DNA of 64,000 bases from Neoechinorhynchus agilis (GCA_051530055.1 CM121341.1:18950784-19014783), one strand, 5' to 3'; shown: positions 22,501 to 35,580, counted from the stretch's first letter. Made by a program: numbers and translations. The notes: generated by a model from the letters alone, not told the origin.

Positions 22501-23898
22501 GGTGGTGTGAATGTTTGTAAATAATTTTTTGTGAAGTTATTCAATGTTCCATTATTAGCTCAGCGATTTCAATTCCTTAGAGCTAATGGCTATATTTCTC
22601 ATTAATTATCATAATTATTTTTTTCTTCAAGCGTCGTTTAGTATTTAAAATTTTTAATATTCGGTAACCAAATAAACGCGGTGCATTTTGCTTTTGTGAG
22701 GATTAAATTTCGTTTATAAGAATTTCCTATATTGTTCCCTTCATTATTATCTCAATCACTGAAGATCGATAGGGAAGCTTTGCTAGCGATTATTTGGGCA
22801 TTTATTTCAGATTTTACCGCCCTAATGCAATTCAAGTTAAATTTTTCTCATGATCGGTTTGGTTTGGTCTATATTTTTAAGTCCACTTGTAAGACTTAGC
22901 AGAAGTTTCGATTTGTTGAAATGTTGCTCTGGTTATATTATCTATAAAAAAATTTTTTTTAATGGGATCAATGTTGACTTGACATCTACCTATGTAGATC
23001 CTAAGTAATAATCAAGTTTAAGTCTAATGCTAAAATTTTAAACATTGTTCTTGTTTTTACCTAAATTCTTAAAGTTTAATGCAGGTTTATCGGGCTTCTT
23101 CAGGTTTAAAAATTGCTTCGTTCAATTCTAAAAGTTGTTCAAAGAAATTTCAACGTGGTCTTTGAAAAGAACATAGCGGCGCTGTTGTTTTCAGCGAAAG
23201 TTTCTAGATTTTATAAACGGCAATACATTCATGGTTAATCACGCGGATAGCTGATTTTATAGAATGTGGCAGATTGTTGAAATTCATTGAAAATTTAGAA
23301 ACGAACTTGTGTACAGATTCTCACATTCGTTCACTTTATTGAGAGCGACACAAATCTTTAAAAAATTTAAATCAACCATAAGACCCAGAAATGTACGTAA
23401 AGTAAGTAATTCGATGTATTAAAGCGCCATCTATCACATAAATTTGCTCTTGGGTATTTATGAGGTTTCGTTAGCTTGACTATTCAGTAAAAATGATGTC
23501 CCGAAAAACGGGAATAGTATTTGCAAATTTAGTTCAATTTATGGGCGGATTATTTTGCAGAAAACACACTCTTATTGAACTTTTTGTACTTCTTAAGAAC
23601 ATTGCCGATTTTTTTTATTTCAGTTTCCCTTGAACAAGTGCATTTTAGAAGTAATAAAGAATAAAAACCATCATCATCATCAACCTGCCCATCGAATAAA
23701 GTTATCTTTTCTTTTATGATTGGCCCTCTGAGGCGATAAATCGCCATTTTCGCCATTGGGCTTTGGCTCAATGCCAAAAACTTACTGTAAATTAATCTAA
23801 TCGACTAGATCCGTAGCAAATTTGAACGTTGGCCATTTTCACTTCGAAGTCGACTAAATTAACAAAACTTTTTAGGTGGTGACTAGCGGCGCGACGAA

Positions 23899-24730
23899 AT
23901 GAACGTTCAGTTTGCGTTGTTCAACGTTTGTCCAGCAAAAGTTTCGGAAACAAACTCCCAAAAACGTTGGACTACGTTGCTCCGCACTGCGTATTATCGG
24001 CAGCTTCTTAACTCATGCTCATCTCCCAACGATAGAGCTCGTCTCTTGGCAGTTTCAGCTCCACATTCCAGCGACTTCTTGAAGGCTTTCCCAATCACAT
24101 CTGTTGGCACGAGGCTGGATGATCAGGCCATCACCGTCGCTGTGGCACTTCGGTTGGGCATCGAATTCTCAGGCTCATATATGTATCGGTGCGGTGAGAC
24201 AGTGAACGGATCGGGAACTCACGGCCTTGACTGTAAGCGTTCAACTGCTCGCAACGCACGGCACTCAGCAGTCAACCGCATAATCAGGGAAGCACTCTCA
24301 ACGGCCGGTTTTCCAGCTCGACTCGAACCAGTTGGACTCTCCCGGAAAGACGGTAAACGCCCTGATGGAGCGACTCTCCTCCCATGGTGCTCCGGGAAAA
24401 TACTGGTTTGGGATTTTACCTGCCCCAATACGCTCGCAGCATCCCACTTACGGGATGCCACCTCAAAGGCGGGAGCAGTCGCCAGCTTCAGCGAGGAAAA
24501 GAAGCGGCAGAAGTACTCCTCGCTCGATGGGCGTCAATATATTTTCATCCCGATTGCGGTGGAAACACTGGGATGTCTCCGAAAAGAAGCCGATTATTTC
24601 CTCTCACGACTGGGAGGGATGCTAAAATATGCCACCGGCGATATGTGATCCAGCAGCTTCCTGTTGCAGCGAATCAGCGCGGCGATCCAACGTTGCAATG
24701 CCGCGGCCATCAAGGAAGCTGCCGAACAAA
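23899..24730 (+). mobile_element. CRE-like retrotransposon 3' end (zinc knuckle plus restriction-like endonuclease)
   Basis: RARLLAVSAPHSSDFL, CG..HGLDC..ARHSAVN, RKDGKRPDG, WDFTC..TLA, KRQKY, FIPIAVETLG; one stop before SFLLQRISAAIQRCN. Confidence 0.9.
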
Positions 24731-24879
24731 CATAACATTTGAAGAAAACGAAACTGTTCATTCATAGAATTTATAGTGGGCGTGTTACATTGTTTTCTAA
24801 ATTTATAATTACTGCTGTGGATCGTTGGGAAAACATAACATAATAAAGTACAAAACGTACAATCACCACCGTCCGCAAA

Positions 24880-26180
24880 ATTGGAGCTTCTCTCCTTCCT
24901 CGGCTGTCGCTATCACACTAGCAGCATTGCCTCGTTGTACTGCAAGCGAGATATTTTGTCGCAGGAATACACCTGCTCGTGCATCGCCGGTCGTTTCTCT
25001 CTATTTCTTCGAGATCCTGGAGCAGAGTGAGTGCCGAACTGCCAAGCGCTCCATACGTCTCTACTGCGAAGGGGACAAAATAGTGGTCCCTTGCTAATTC
25101 TCTATATTTTCGTACCTTCCTCTCTTCCGCTGCACTGGATGCACCTTCAGGGATTTCGAGAGAGTACGGAATGTTGCTTACGGCGAGCGTCTCCACACAC
25201 GTGGCGTCCCAGAGAAGGCATTTGCCCTCCCGCCACGGAAAGACCGAAATTAAGTCAGGTCGACGATCGTCTAGTCGACAAAGATTGGCGGGTTCCAAAA
25301 TGTTGGGGAAGTTCGCCGTTCTCAACGCCCGAGAAATTATGCTATTGATCTCAGACTGGCGTGAGAACCTTCCCCCTGACTTTCGGCAAACGAGACCGTG
25401 TCGCCCATGGGGCGTGCATATCGGGAGACCAAGCCTTAAGGACACTGCGATTCCCGTCACCTCATCAGTGAGAAGAGTTCCCACAGATGCCAGAGGAACA
25501 GCCTCCAACCACGCCCTGATTCTCCTGTCGAAACTACCAACAATCTAACTCGGACGACCCATCGCAAGAACCTGAAAGTAGAGAGCTGTTAGCTCTCGCG
25601 ACGAGCGGTCTGTCCCGGATCGACTGTCTGACGCCATTCACGGGAACATAGTTAACGCCTCTCTGCTGGCACCATTCTTCAACTGCCATCACAAAGTCGT
25701 GCTCAAGACAAAACCTTCCCATCAGAATTATCTTCGCTATCGGTTGACTCCCCTCATACGATCCAAGAAAGGCTGACAAGACAAGGTCTACTAGGGCCCC
25801 AATGCCCAATCCCCCAGATGACACAGGCAATGAAGCTTGTCGCCACGCCTCATCTGAGAGCTGGACATTTAAAATACGCTCAAGACAAGCATTCACCTTG
25901 TCGTCGAGCTTAGCCAATCCTTCCTTATGTTTGAAGAATGTTGAACGCACTCTTTATCCCGATAAAGAGTGCGTTCTTTATCAGAAATAACGCTTCGTGA
26001 GCTGAGAGAGCGCTCACCCTATCGCACAGCAACGAAAGTTTCGGTACGATACGGCCGATCTCAGCTTCCACATTTGAATCAAAGACGCAACTACCCAGGA
26101 AGCTGAATTGCTCTGGAGTCACGAGTTTCAGACCTGGAGCTATGGCCTCGAACCCATCCATTTGTTCCTGGCGGCGTCTT
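24880..26180 (-). mobile_element. CRE-like retrotransposon, RT C-terminus plus endonuclease, frameshifted
   Basis: FSFLGS, AWRQASLPVSSGGLG, HGLVCRKSGGRFSRQSEIN, RRPD, WDATC, KVRKY, FVPFAVETYG. Confidence 0.9.
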
Positions 26181-26610
26181 CGATATTTAATACTAGGAGC
26201 TCACACTCGGCAATAAAGACGCGATGTGCTTTTTAATAAGCCAACATTGTAGGCTTGCCAGTAAAAAAACTTAAAAACCTTAATAAATCCAAGATTCTCT
26301 AGGCATTTTCAGATGATTTTTCCAGCAATTCAAAGTTTTCGAATACTCATGTAAATAAAATCTTTTTTGGTGCTAAAATTCGAACCGTAGAATGTTCGGT
26401 TGATGACGACATTCTCATGCTAAAGCGCGCTAATTAAAGCGCAGATGCAAAAATTGCCGCGGCGAAGTCGTAAAACGTATTTTGGGCGGACAAAAATAAG
26501 CGAACTCTTTTTTCAAGCGCTTTTTCCGTTGATCGCCGCAGTTTCCAGTTTGATTTTCGAATTCTCGCCGTTCAACGTTCAATCTCCATTGAAGCTTCCT
26601 CTTTTTTGAG

Positions 26611-28552
26611 ATGCTTCGTCGTTCTCTTCGAAATATTGAGAACTTAGACAGAGAAGTTGCACCGATGAAAAAGAAGGGTAAACTAAAGGAAGACGAGGAT
26701 GCAGCATTGAACATTTTCGATGAAAAATTGAGTTATAACCCGCAAACGCGCAGTTTTTTGTTTATGAAACAATTGCTCATCGGTGGAGTTACGAAATTAC
26801 TAATCGAACGTAAAATTATCTCAGTCGACGATACCGACTCAATCAAAATTAAGAAAGGTACGTTTTCTCTTTCTATAATCCAAGTTGTTGATTTCTGTTC
26901 ATTTAGATTTTTTTATTAATATATTTAATCCGGACAAGTCAATAAAAGGTCATAAATTGAAAAGGATTCTATTTGGTGCTTTTGACGCTCTCAAACAAAA
27001 TTGGGTGAGTGATCTTCGATATTGAACAATCGAGCAATTAACATTTTTAGTTGCATTCCTTTGATATTGGAATCGTAAGTATGAGCTCGAGTGCATCGAA
27101 ATCCATAGAAGTTCATATAATGTTCAATCACACAAATACATAATCCTCTCGAGTGATTGAACATTTTGTAGAACCTCTGCCGACTGTTCAACGTCGCAAG
27201 CCTCTCGTGCACTCGAAGTCTATAGATTTTTATTTCGATATCGAATAGACGGGAATCGTCATCAGGTTATAAGTCAATTAAGTTTTGGCGATTTCCTCTC
27301 GTCGCCCGTCGATTCATCAGCAGCTTCTGATCACATTACGGACGAATTTCAACGATTATTCGCATCAATCGAAAAAGGAGTACAGAAACTAAACGATCTG
27401 CAATCAGGACTTGGGATCCGAGTTAAAGTGAATTTAACCGAAAATGCCCCTACTGATTACGTCCCTGATGGCTACCACGATTCCCTTGATGGACGATTCA
27501 AATGCTATGGTAACCGAAAGTTCAAAAAGATCATCGAGCATCAAACAAAAACTGCTTTTCACGTATGCCAAATGGACATTCGTGTTGACATGTCACGAAT
27601 AAAGAAGTTGGCACCGATGGAAGATTCAGCTTCGAAGGAACAATTAAAAGTTGATCAAGATTGTCCGTCGGATCGCGAAGATGTATCATCGTGCGATACA
27701 TTAGGCGCTTCATCAATCGAATACGATGACGCCATGATTGCAGCCCGATCCATGGCCACTACGAAAGCTCAATCTTTCAGTTCAACGAGTTCGAATTCGA
27801 GCGCTTCTGTTATAAACGAAGGGATGGAATGTGAGCTTAAGACACTTTTTCTCATTATATTCTGGCCTTCCTTTTTTAGTCACGATTATTCAGCCTGGTC
27901 ACAGGTATTATTCTTACAGCGATCTAAAATCTTTGAAATGTAATTGTCCGTGTAAAATCAAGAAGGTAACTAAGTGGCAACCGTGCTGCCGTGGGTTAAT
28001 AGCAGTCTTGTTTTAAGGATGAGAACGGACCTTTCATGATTTGTAAACGTTGCGAGTGCTACCGACACTCTTGCTGTTTTGCATTCATGACAACTGATTC
28101 GAATGTTCAGACAAGTTCATGCCACGAATGTTCCGAGGGAGAAGGTGCCTATGCGTTAACCACTAACGCCAATCTTCTTGAGATTAACAATCAATCACTC
28201 CAGGTAAAATCGAACGACAGTCGCTCATCGTCCACCTTTCTCTTAGTCCATTTGTGTCTGGCGCCGTCTTCTTCTCTATTGCGTGATGAACCTCTCGATA
28301 TCAGTTGAAGATTTATCTGTGTTTCTCGATTCCCGAAAGCGAGCTTCGTCGTTGATCAAAATTCTTTGTGAGTTGGGAGTTATGGATGAAGAAAGAGATT
28401 CTCGTGGCGAACAAAAAGTAAAAATGGATAAACTCGCTGAACTCTGCAGAATGTACGGATTAAAGCATGACGAAAAGGAATTGGACAAAATCCGACGAAC
28501 AGTCAGTCCACTTTCATCGACCGTTCAAATCACTACAAAAAAGAGAAGTTAA
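26611..28552 (+). CDS. HOP1/HORMAD: Meiotic HORMA-domain axis protein (HOP1/HORMAD) with PHD finger and putative winged helix; multi-exon
   Basis: Introns 26858-26906, 27005-27050, one unresolved near 27075-27171, 27831-27879, 27966-28017, 28204-28246. Protein: SFLFMKQLL..RKII, KDFFINIFNPDK..GAFDALKQNW, LEVYRFLFRY, KVNLTENAPTDYVPDGY (cf. HORMAD1 SLVLVKRLL, GCYDALQKKY, ECYQFKFKY, VTPPDYQPPGF); CNCPC..ICKRCECYRHSCC..CHEC (PHD); SICVWRRLLLY..ASSLIKILCELGV. Alternative ATG at 26665. Confidence 0.8.
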
Positions 28553-28904
28553 TAGAAGTGTTTTATGATGTTTTTATGTTCCAGAAGTTATTATTGTTCC
28601 GTTCAGTGCGCAATAAATGAATTTGGCCTAATTCGCTGTGCAATACGATTTCGACTTCACGGTCGAGGATCCACGTGTTCCGGCTCCGGGAACCCATCCT
28701 CGATTACCCTTACTGTAATTAATAAGGTCTTTCCGGTAAAATATCTAATTTTTAATTTTAGATTTAAACACAGTTGTTCCGTTGTTTAAAAAGAAATCCT
28801 GCCCAAAAGCCAACAATCGGGTAAAACAACATAAACTAAAGTCTGTAGGTTATTCACGCCATGTCTCAATTTAGAGAAAAACGAATACGATTTTGTCTAT
28901 TTTT

Positions 28905-29025
28905 GCATTAGTCTCTTGGACAATTGCTTGAACAGGTCCTGCGCCGCGGTACCAAACGATATTAAATATTTCGACCAGGGCCCCCAGTATCTTTGCGATC
29001 CTCAGTGGCGGTTGCTGCTCCCCCT
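28905..29025 (-). mobile_element. CRE-like endonuclease micro-relic
   Basis: GAATATEDRK and FGTAAQDL; matches 14203 and 15607 segments. Confidence 0.6.
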
Positions 29026-29399
29026 TACGATTTTGTTTATTTTTGCATCCAAGTTATCATACCTACTCCATCAACTTTTTTATTCCATCTAAAATCATCG
29101 TGTCAATATAGCAGCGATCACAATCTGAGCAAGGTATTCTATTATACCGCACCACTTGGGCTTTCACGAATACTCGGGCAAATCAGGCCACGAAGATTAT
29201 TTCTTCGTTTGGAATAGACGAGCGTACGTTTGCTCCAGTGGCCTGCCAATAAGACCCTGGATAAACTCTGATAGGAGGAATCGTCAATAAACGGCAAAGA
29301 TAAAATCCAGTTCATGTTCGATGTCAGTACTCGAGCTGCTATATGCAAACGCTCTTTGTACCAATGATCTAATCCTGGAGATCTTACATTCTCGTGGTT

Positions 29400-32300
29400 G
29401 AGAGGAGATCTATGGAACCATGCTATGTGGAAAATCGATTCTTCGATATACCTTAGTCATATACCGATCTCCACCAACACGCTCTATCGCAACATCTAGG
29501 AAACTGAATCTACCGTCAGTCTCGACATGCGTCGACCATTGAATGTGTGGATCCTTAGTATTGAGGTAGTTCTAGTTGGAAATATTTACGACATCCCTAG
29601 TATGATCTGATAGAAGGAAAACCTCCCATATGCAAGACGACTAATTTTCCGACACTAACGGTTGTAGATGAATTTCTCTTCTATAAGAACGCGTTCCCCA
29701 ACTGCATATTGAAAAAGACTCCATACTCAAGATCCATGCAAGATTTCAACTGGTTAAGAAGGCCTCTATATTGCTTGTTCAACGATTTTATTCTTGAAGA
29801 AACAAGACACGAACTTCGCGGTGGTTTCCCACTCTCTGACTACGGGCCATATGATCGAAATTAACGACGCATAGATGTTGGTAAGCAGTTAACTATAAAA
29901 AAAATTTTAATCGAGAACTGCACCGTGACATGGGCAAAGAGTTACGGATATTTATTATCGCTGTACAATATCTGGAACATTGAGCCTTGTCCATTTTAAT
30001 GATTTCGTGACCCAGTCGGCAGAGGTAGCCCAATGGAAGCGAAGTTTAGAAACGAAACCTAGAAAAATGCAGCGGAACTTTTGGCGTTGCTCTGGTGGCC
30101 TAGCTCTTGAATAAAAGACCAGGCCGGAGACTGCTCAGGAGGAGAATATTTTTTTCGATATCCGAGATTTGAGGCCCATGCAGGCAGCACGAGTCGCCTT
30201 TGCTCTCGCAATCTTTAATAGCTTCGTCTTAGCTGCGTCGAAAGCAATATATAGGTTGCAGGTAATCGTGTGTCCTAGGATATCCATCTTTTTGTAGATC
30301 GGATAAAAATCTAGATTGGATAAATCTTTCACATACTCTCTAATCCGCCTCCTACCTAGAGTAGATCTAGATTTGATTAAAAATTTGGTCTTCTTGTGGT
30401 TCAAAAAAAGACCCATTTGTGGAAGATATTGATTTAAAAAACTCAGCAAGGCCGCTAGTTTCGCTCTTGCTCGAAGATAATTAGTTTCCTTAATCACTGC
30501 TGATAAATCGTCAGCATACATAGTGACCGATCGGCATTTCTTACACTTCCCCACGATAAATTGAATGGCCCCCTCAGGGCCATCCGCGAAGAAAAAGCGC
30601 TTAGATTTTAAGGTGTTATGTACTCTGGCTATCAAATTGTAAGGGAAATGAAAGCACCTTAAAATGTTCAGGATGAAATCCGTATTGATATTGTCGAACG
30701 CCTTCGAGACATCGAAAGATATCAGTATATTCATAGATTGGGGATGATTGAAGAAACTGTGTAAGATTTGTGACACCGCTGTGTGTACTGATTTACCAGG
30801 CACGAAACCATGGCAACGATCATCAATGAGATGGTGTTCACAAGCAAATTTTAAAATGCCCTTAGCAATCACCCTTTCGTAAATCGAAACAAGCGCATTC
30901 TGAATAGAGATGGTGCTAACATCCCCAGACGTGGCCACCGTTCTCCCCCTTTTTTGCAAAGAAAAATTCGCCTAGCGATGTTAATCGTGGCCTATTCCTA
31001 AGTGGGAGCCTACAACATGAATCGGGCCAAACACCTGATGTTTAAATTGCTAATAACTTTTGTAGCCTTAAAGCACGGGGAAGACCCATTATTAGAGGTA
31101 AGATTTTTCGAACCCCACCAGCTCACGAAATCATCCAAACCGATGTCAAACCGACGAGGCTTAATGGGTATAAAGTTAATAAGCACAGGAGAGGTAATAG
31201 CCCCGTTAGCGTGTTCGCTGCATAGAGTGCCAATCACATTATCCATCCGGAACGAGTTGATCCAATGGGCTGCAGCCTTTTTCTAGGGAAAAACTTTCTT
31301 ACGAGAGACCATTTTCCACCAAGGAGAGGAGAAAATTAAAAAGGAATTGAGTTTTTTGGAGTCGTGTGCAATTTGGAAACGAGCCCTGCATGGCCAATAT
31401 AAAGACGACCAAAACTTGGCAGTATCCCCATCACCGCAAGCTTTAGCTTTAAACAATTCATTATCGAAAAGCGATAGTAATTTGGGTTTGTGCACTAGTG
31501 GGCCAATGGACTTGGTAACCGTAGTCAAGATGGCATCACTGGACTTGACCAAATAATCGTTAATTGAATCTAGACTATCGATCATACCCATACCACAGCA
31601 CAACTCGATAGTAGCATTGAAGAGGCGTATATTCAAAGCGCTCATTTTAAACCTACGCGATAAGAGAATATTATCACCAATTTCCCAGACTAGAATGTCA
31701 TGACCAGCGATTGAAAAGGAGGTCCTCAGAGCCACGATCCTGGGCTTCAAAAAGGACTTTTTCCGCCACATGCATAAGTCTAGGAAGGAATATGTCCTAC
31801 CGTTGGTAAAAGTAGGGTCGGGGGATAAAATGAGGCTATGTGACATCCCAGAACGTGTAATGGCATTGATCCACTTCATAGAAGGGCCGTTAAAATCTTC
31901 AAAACAGTAATCGATATCGGACGCAAGCACATTTTTCAACAGCATCTTATTATGAGAGAGGTGGATTTTCATCGGTCTTATGTAAAAATTGCCCAGTAGT
32001 AACTTCTTACCGTGAAAGCGTACGGAAAATATGGCATAAGAGAGCTCTGAAGAAGTGTATTCAGAGATTTTATGGGGACACAGACATGATTTGAACACCG
32101 ACAATAAACCTTGAGAGTTCTGTGAAAAGGGAGGCGTACAGAATAAGGTAAAATCTCTAAGCCGGCTTTTGAGATCATCAGGCAGATTGTCTACATCGAA
32201 TAATGACTTAGTTTCCTGCAGGAAAATAATGTCGTCCATACTTACTTCCGATAACAGGCGTGTAATACCTAGAAGCCCGCCAGAATTCCACTGCACAAGT

Positions 32301-32467
32301 CTCAGTTCTATCCCAAACGCCCTTCAATAAGATTATGGACCCCTTCTGCACAAACCTGAAGGTGCGTTCAAGAATTAAGAGTAATTTTGTCAAAAAATGC
32401 TTCGCGATAGATATAATGCGAAATCGTCAAAATACCAAGAGGTTGATACAACAATTGAACGGGAAAA
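29400..32467 (-). mobile_element. APE-RT LINE, frameshifted; ORF1 end abuts the right duplication arm
   Basis: QVCAEGVHNLI (ORF1 end), LVQWNSGG, FLQETK, EDFNG, SFLDLC (APE); HGFVPGKS, FDVSKAFDNI, YADD (RT). Left (3') limit approximate. Confidence 0.85.
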
Positions 32468-33095
32468 GCAAAAAAGCAGAAATATGTATTGCTTCATGAG
32501 CGAAGGTCCTAGGTTGGATTGAAATAATATTTATTCCGACAGCATTATCGGCCAAGTTGCAAACTGCCAACTGCAGAACGATGAAAGAAGTATATATAAT
32601 TTGTTGACTTGATCCATAAAGACGCCAAGGAATCAATCCTTCTCTTGGAAATTGAAAAATGCTGTGAAAATGCTAAGTACAGCCATTTACAGATTTGCTT
32701 TTCCATGAGTCATGAGCGAAATTTCAAATTTTAAGCAATGACAATTCTTTGTCTCATCTTTCAAACAATCGTCAAAAACCATTTGGTGCGTTATTGCTCA
32801 AATTAATTCTTAATTATTGAGTATTCTTTTACATCGATTACTCGCAATTTATTGAAACCAGTAATTTTATTACATCACTTTATTTACAAAAACATAATCG
32901 ATAAAAACTGGTACTTAGCACCGATTGTTTTACTGAATGAAACGATTGTGGTGTGATTTACGAGTAGCACCAGATTTCGTTCATCACTGACAGCAACGAA
33001 TAAGGTTAATTTAACCAAAATCGTAAAACTATAAAAACGACCAATTGTCAAAAGAAAACGTAAATATTACTTAAATTCGGTTGCAAGTTCAAATC

Positions 33096-34472
33096 ATGGA
33101 AACGACACCAGTCGTGCAGCAGTGTTCAATTTGTGGCAAGAACCACGCTGGCATTGAAGCAAATATTATAGATGATGATGCTTTAAAGAATAACGTTAAA
33201 ATTGCTGAGCCTATCGCCAAATCAACTCGATTTACTTATCGGTTAGGGCGATACATCGGTAAAGGCACGTTTGGTCGAGTGTTTCGAAGCATTCAAGTGG
33301 AATCTGGGAAATGTGTTGCATTGAAAGTACTTCACTATGGACAATCCTACACCGCCGATGGAGATGAGGAGATAGCGATTTTGAGGAAGCTTGAATTACA
33401 AAAAGCATCTAACCAATTCAACATTGTAAAGGTTTTCGATGCTTTTAGGCATAATGGTCACACAATGATTGCCTTCGAGTTACTTGGCGTTGATTTGTAT
33501 AAACATCTGAAGGAATCGGGCATTTTGCGTCTTTCTTTAAGATCGATTAGACCGATTGCTCAGCAATGTTTGGTGGCACTTAAAAAGTTAAATCAACTAG
33601 GAATTGTCCATGCAGATATAAAGATGGATAACATAATGCTTGTAAATCCCATTCGGCAGCCTTATCGAGTAAAATTGATCGATTTTGGAGTTGCATTCAC
33701 CAAAAACCAGAAAAACATTGATTTTCACTGCGTTCAGAACCTCTATTACAGAGCACCAGAAGTTTTGATTGGCTATCCGTTTTTCGAAGCCATTGATGTG
33801 TGGAGCCTTGGACTGGTATTGGTCAGACTATTTTTGGGTACTCACATCTATGCTGCATCTTCCGAACTTGAACAACTTAACAATATTACAGCAATGCAAG
33901 GGGAGCTTCCAAGACAATTACTGTCAAGAGGCACAAGAACGGAACTTTTCTATGATAAAACTGGGACAAATTCCCGAAGCTATCAATATCGATTAAAGAA
34001 TGTACGCATTGACAAAAAATCTGAAGATTTCGCTACTCAGCGAAAACAGTCTTCTGAACTTCGGTCATTAGATGAACTTCAAAAGAGTCACCTTAGCAAC
34101 GACGAGTCAATGGAAGAAGTAGAAGTTATCGATCGAGGGTCTTTTGTTGATTTCATAAAGAAACTCCTAGAGAAAAATCCTCATCTACGTCTAAAGCCGC
34201 GTAGAGGGATGAAGCATGAATTTGTGACAATGGAGCATCTTTCAGTTTATTCCGAATATCACGAGGAAAATAAGATCGACATGAGAGTATGCGACAATAT
34301 CGATCAAAGCCAGGAATATCAAGGAGCGCAAATGAACACATCATGGATATTTAAAAAGACAAAATTTCATTTCAAGGAAAACTCTGATACCCCAATAAAG
34401 AGAGAAAGAGTTGAAGAAACGTGCTCAAAGGTTAAAAAACATAGTTCTCCTAAGCGAAGGAAGCCGAACTAA
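33096..34472 (+). CDS. HIPK: HIPK-family kinase, copy 2
   Basis: Same protein as copy 1 except KQF->KQS and EDS->ENS in the ORF track. Confidence 0.9.
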   Translation: METTPVVQQCSICGKNHAGIEANIIDDDALKNNVKIAEPIAKSTRFTYRLGRYIGKGTFGRVFRSIQVESGKCVALKVLHYGQSYTADGDEEIAILRKLELQKASNQFNIVKVFDAFRHNGHTMIAFELLGVDLYKHLKESGILRLSLRSIRPIAQQCLVALKKLNQLGIVHADIKMDNIMLVNPIRQPYRVKLIDFGVAFTKNQKNIDFHCVQNLYYRAPEVLIGYPFFEAIDVWSLGLVLVRLFLGTHIYAASSELEQLNNITAMQGELPRQLLSRGTRTELFYDKTGTNSRSYQYRLKNVRIDKKSEDFATQRKQSSELRSLDELQKSHLSNDESMEEVEVIDRGSFVDFIKKLLEKNPHLRLKPRRGMKHEFVTMEHLSVYSEYHEENKIDMRVCDNIDQSQEYQGAQMNTSWIFKKTKFHFKENSDTPIKRERVEETCSKVKKHSSPKRRKPN

Positions 34473-35123
34473 AAGGGGCAAATAATTTTTATTCGATTTA
34501 AATGAGGAAGTTTTAATTGTTCGTATTTCCACAGAGGACTTCATTTATGGGTTAAAAATAAAAGGATTTTTTAAAGAAGTATAGTGTATCTATTGAAAAA
34601 TATACGAGAATCGCGATTAATCGGTTAAAAAATCGATAGGTTTAAGGCTCGGTTTGCTGAAGAAAGAGGACCAGGGAAATACATTGCAATTCAATTGGTC
34701 TGCTTTGTCTGCGCTGGTGAAATTACTGAATTAGAAGGGCAAAATGAAAAATGGCACGCAAAAATGCAAACAAAAAATGTAAAATTTAAATACTTTTAAA
34801 AAATGTTAAACTCAATATTTTATGGTTATACACGCGGTTGTTGATTTTTGAATGGATTACGGGTACGGTCGGGTGGGATAATCCAGTCGGGAATGTCCTT
34901 TTGGGTGGGAATATCCGGTTGGAGGTTGTCATTTGTGTAGGGGATTGGCGGATATTGTTTGCAGGATAGCTTGTGGGCCTTTATTGAATAGCGTGAAGTT
35001 TCTAATCGTCGAAGAAAAACGAAAAGTGGATCGTCCTAGTTTATGAGGCCGAATAACTCAGTCTGTTGGAACGTGTAAATCGTTGCTTCGACCCTTCATT
35101 TTGCTAGAGAGGATTCGAAACCC

Positions 35124-35433
35124 ATTCTTTATCTGATTTAAGCATTTTAACCCTTTATTTCTCAAAGGCTTTATCTGCATCGATGAAAAGAATTAAGAAC
35201 GAAAGGAATTATTGTTTAGGTCTTCACCCGGTAAATGATTTTTATTAAAAGCGTATCGAAAGCGTCTTCTAATAACTAACAAACCCATGATGAACCCGAC
35301 GAGGTTCGAAACGTCTTAAATTAAAAATCATGAAGACCTAAACAATAATTCCTTTCGTTCTTATTTCTTTTCATCGACGCAGATAAAGCCTTTCAGAAAT
35401 CCAAGGTTAAATTGCTTAAATTAGATAAAGAAT
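35124..35433. mobile_element. Fold-back/MITE-like element, second copy (no insert)
   Basis: attctttatct...agataaagaat terminal inverted arms. Confidence 0.75.
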
Positions 35434-35580
35434 AACCATTTATAAATAACTTTTCGATAACACGTTCTTTTTAAAATTTAATTGAAAATTCTTAGGCGTG
35501 AGAGCGTGACATTATTTAAAGAAGTCGATTAAAAGGACAAGGGGTTTCCTTTTAAAAGTGGTATTTTATTCGATATACCA

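Larger units (their letters stand above)
32468..35448. repeat. Right arm of inverted segmental duplication
   Basis: Reverse complement of 2795-5851; lacks the 40-bp insert at ~3110 and ~37 bp near 5585-5625. Confidence 0.97.

Noticed and set aside
2795-35448. Giant TIR transposon (Polinton- or Foldback-like) with 3-kb TIRs
   Set aside because: No TSD, transposase, polB or integrase; interior holds ordinary host genes.
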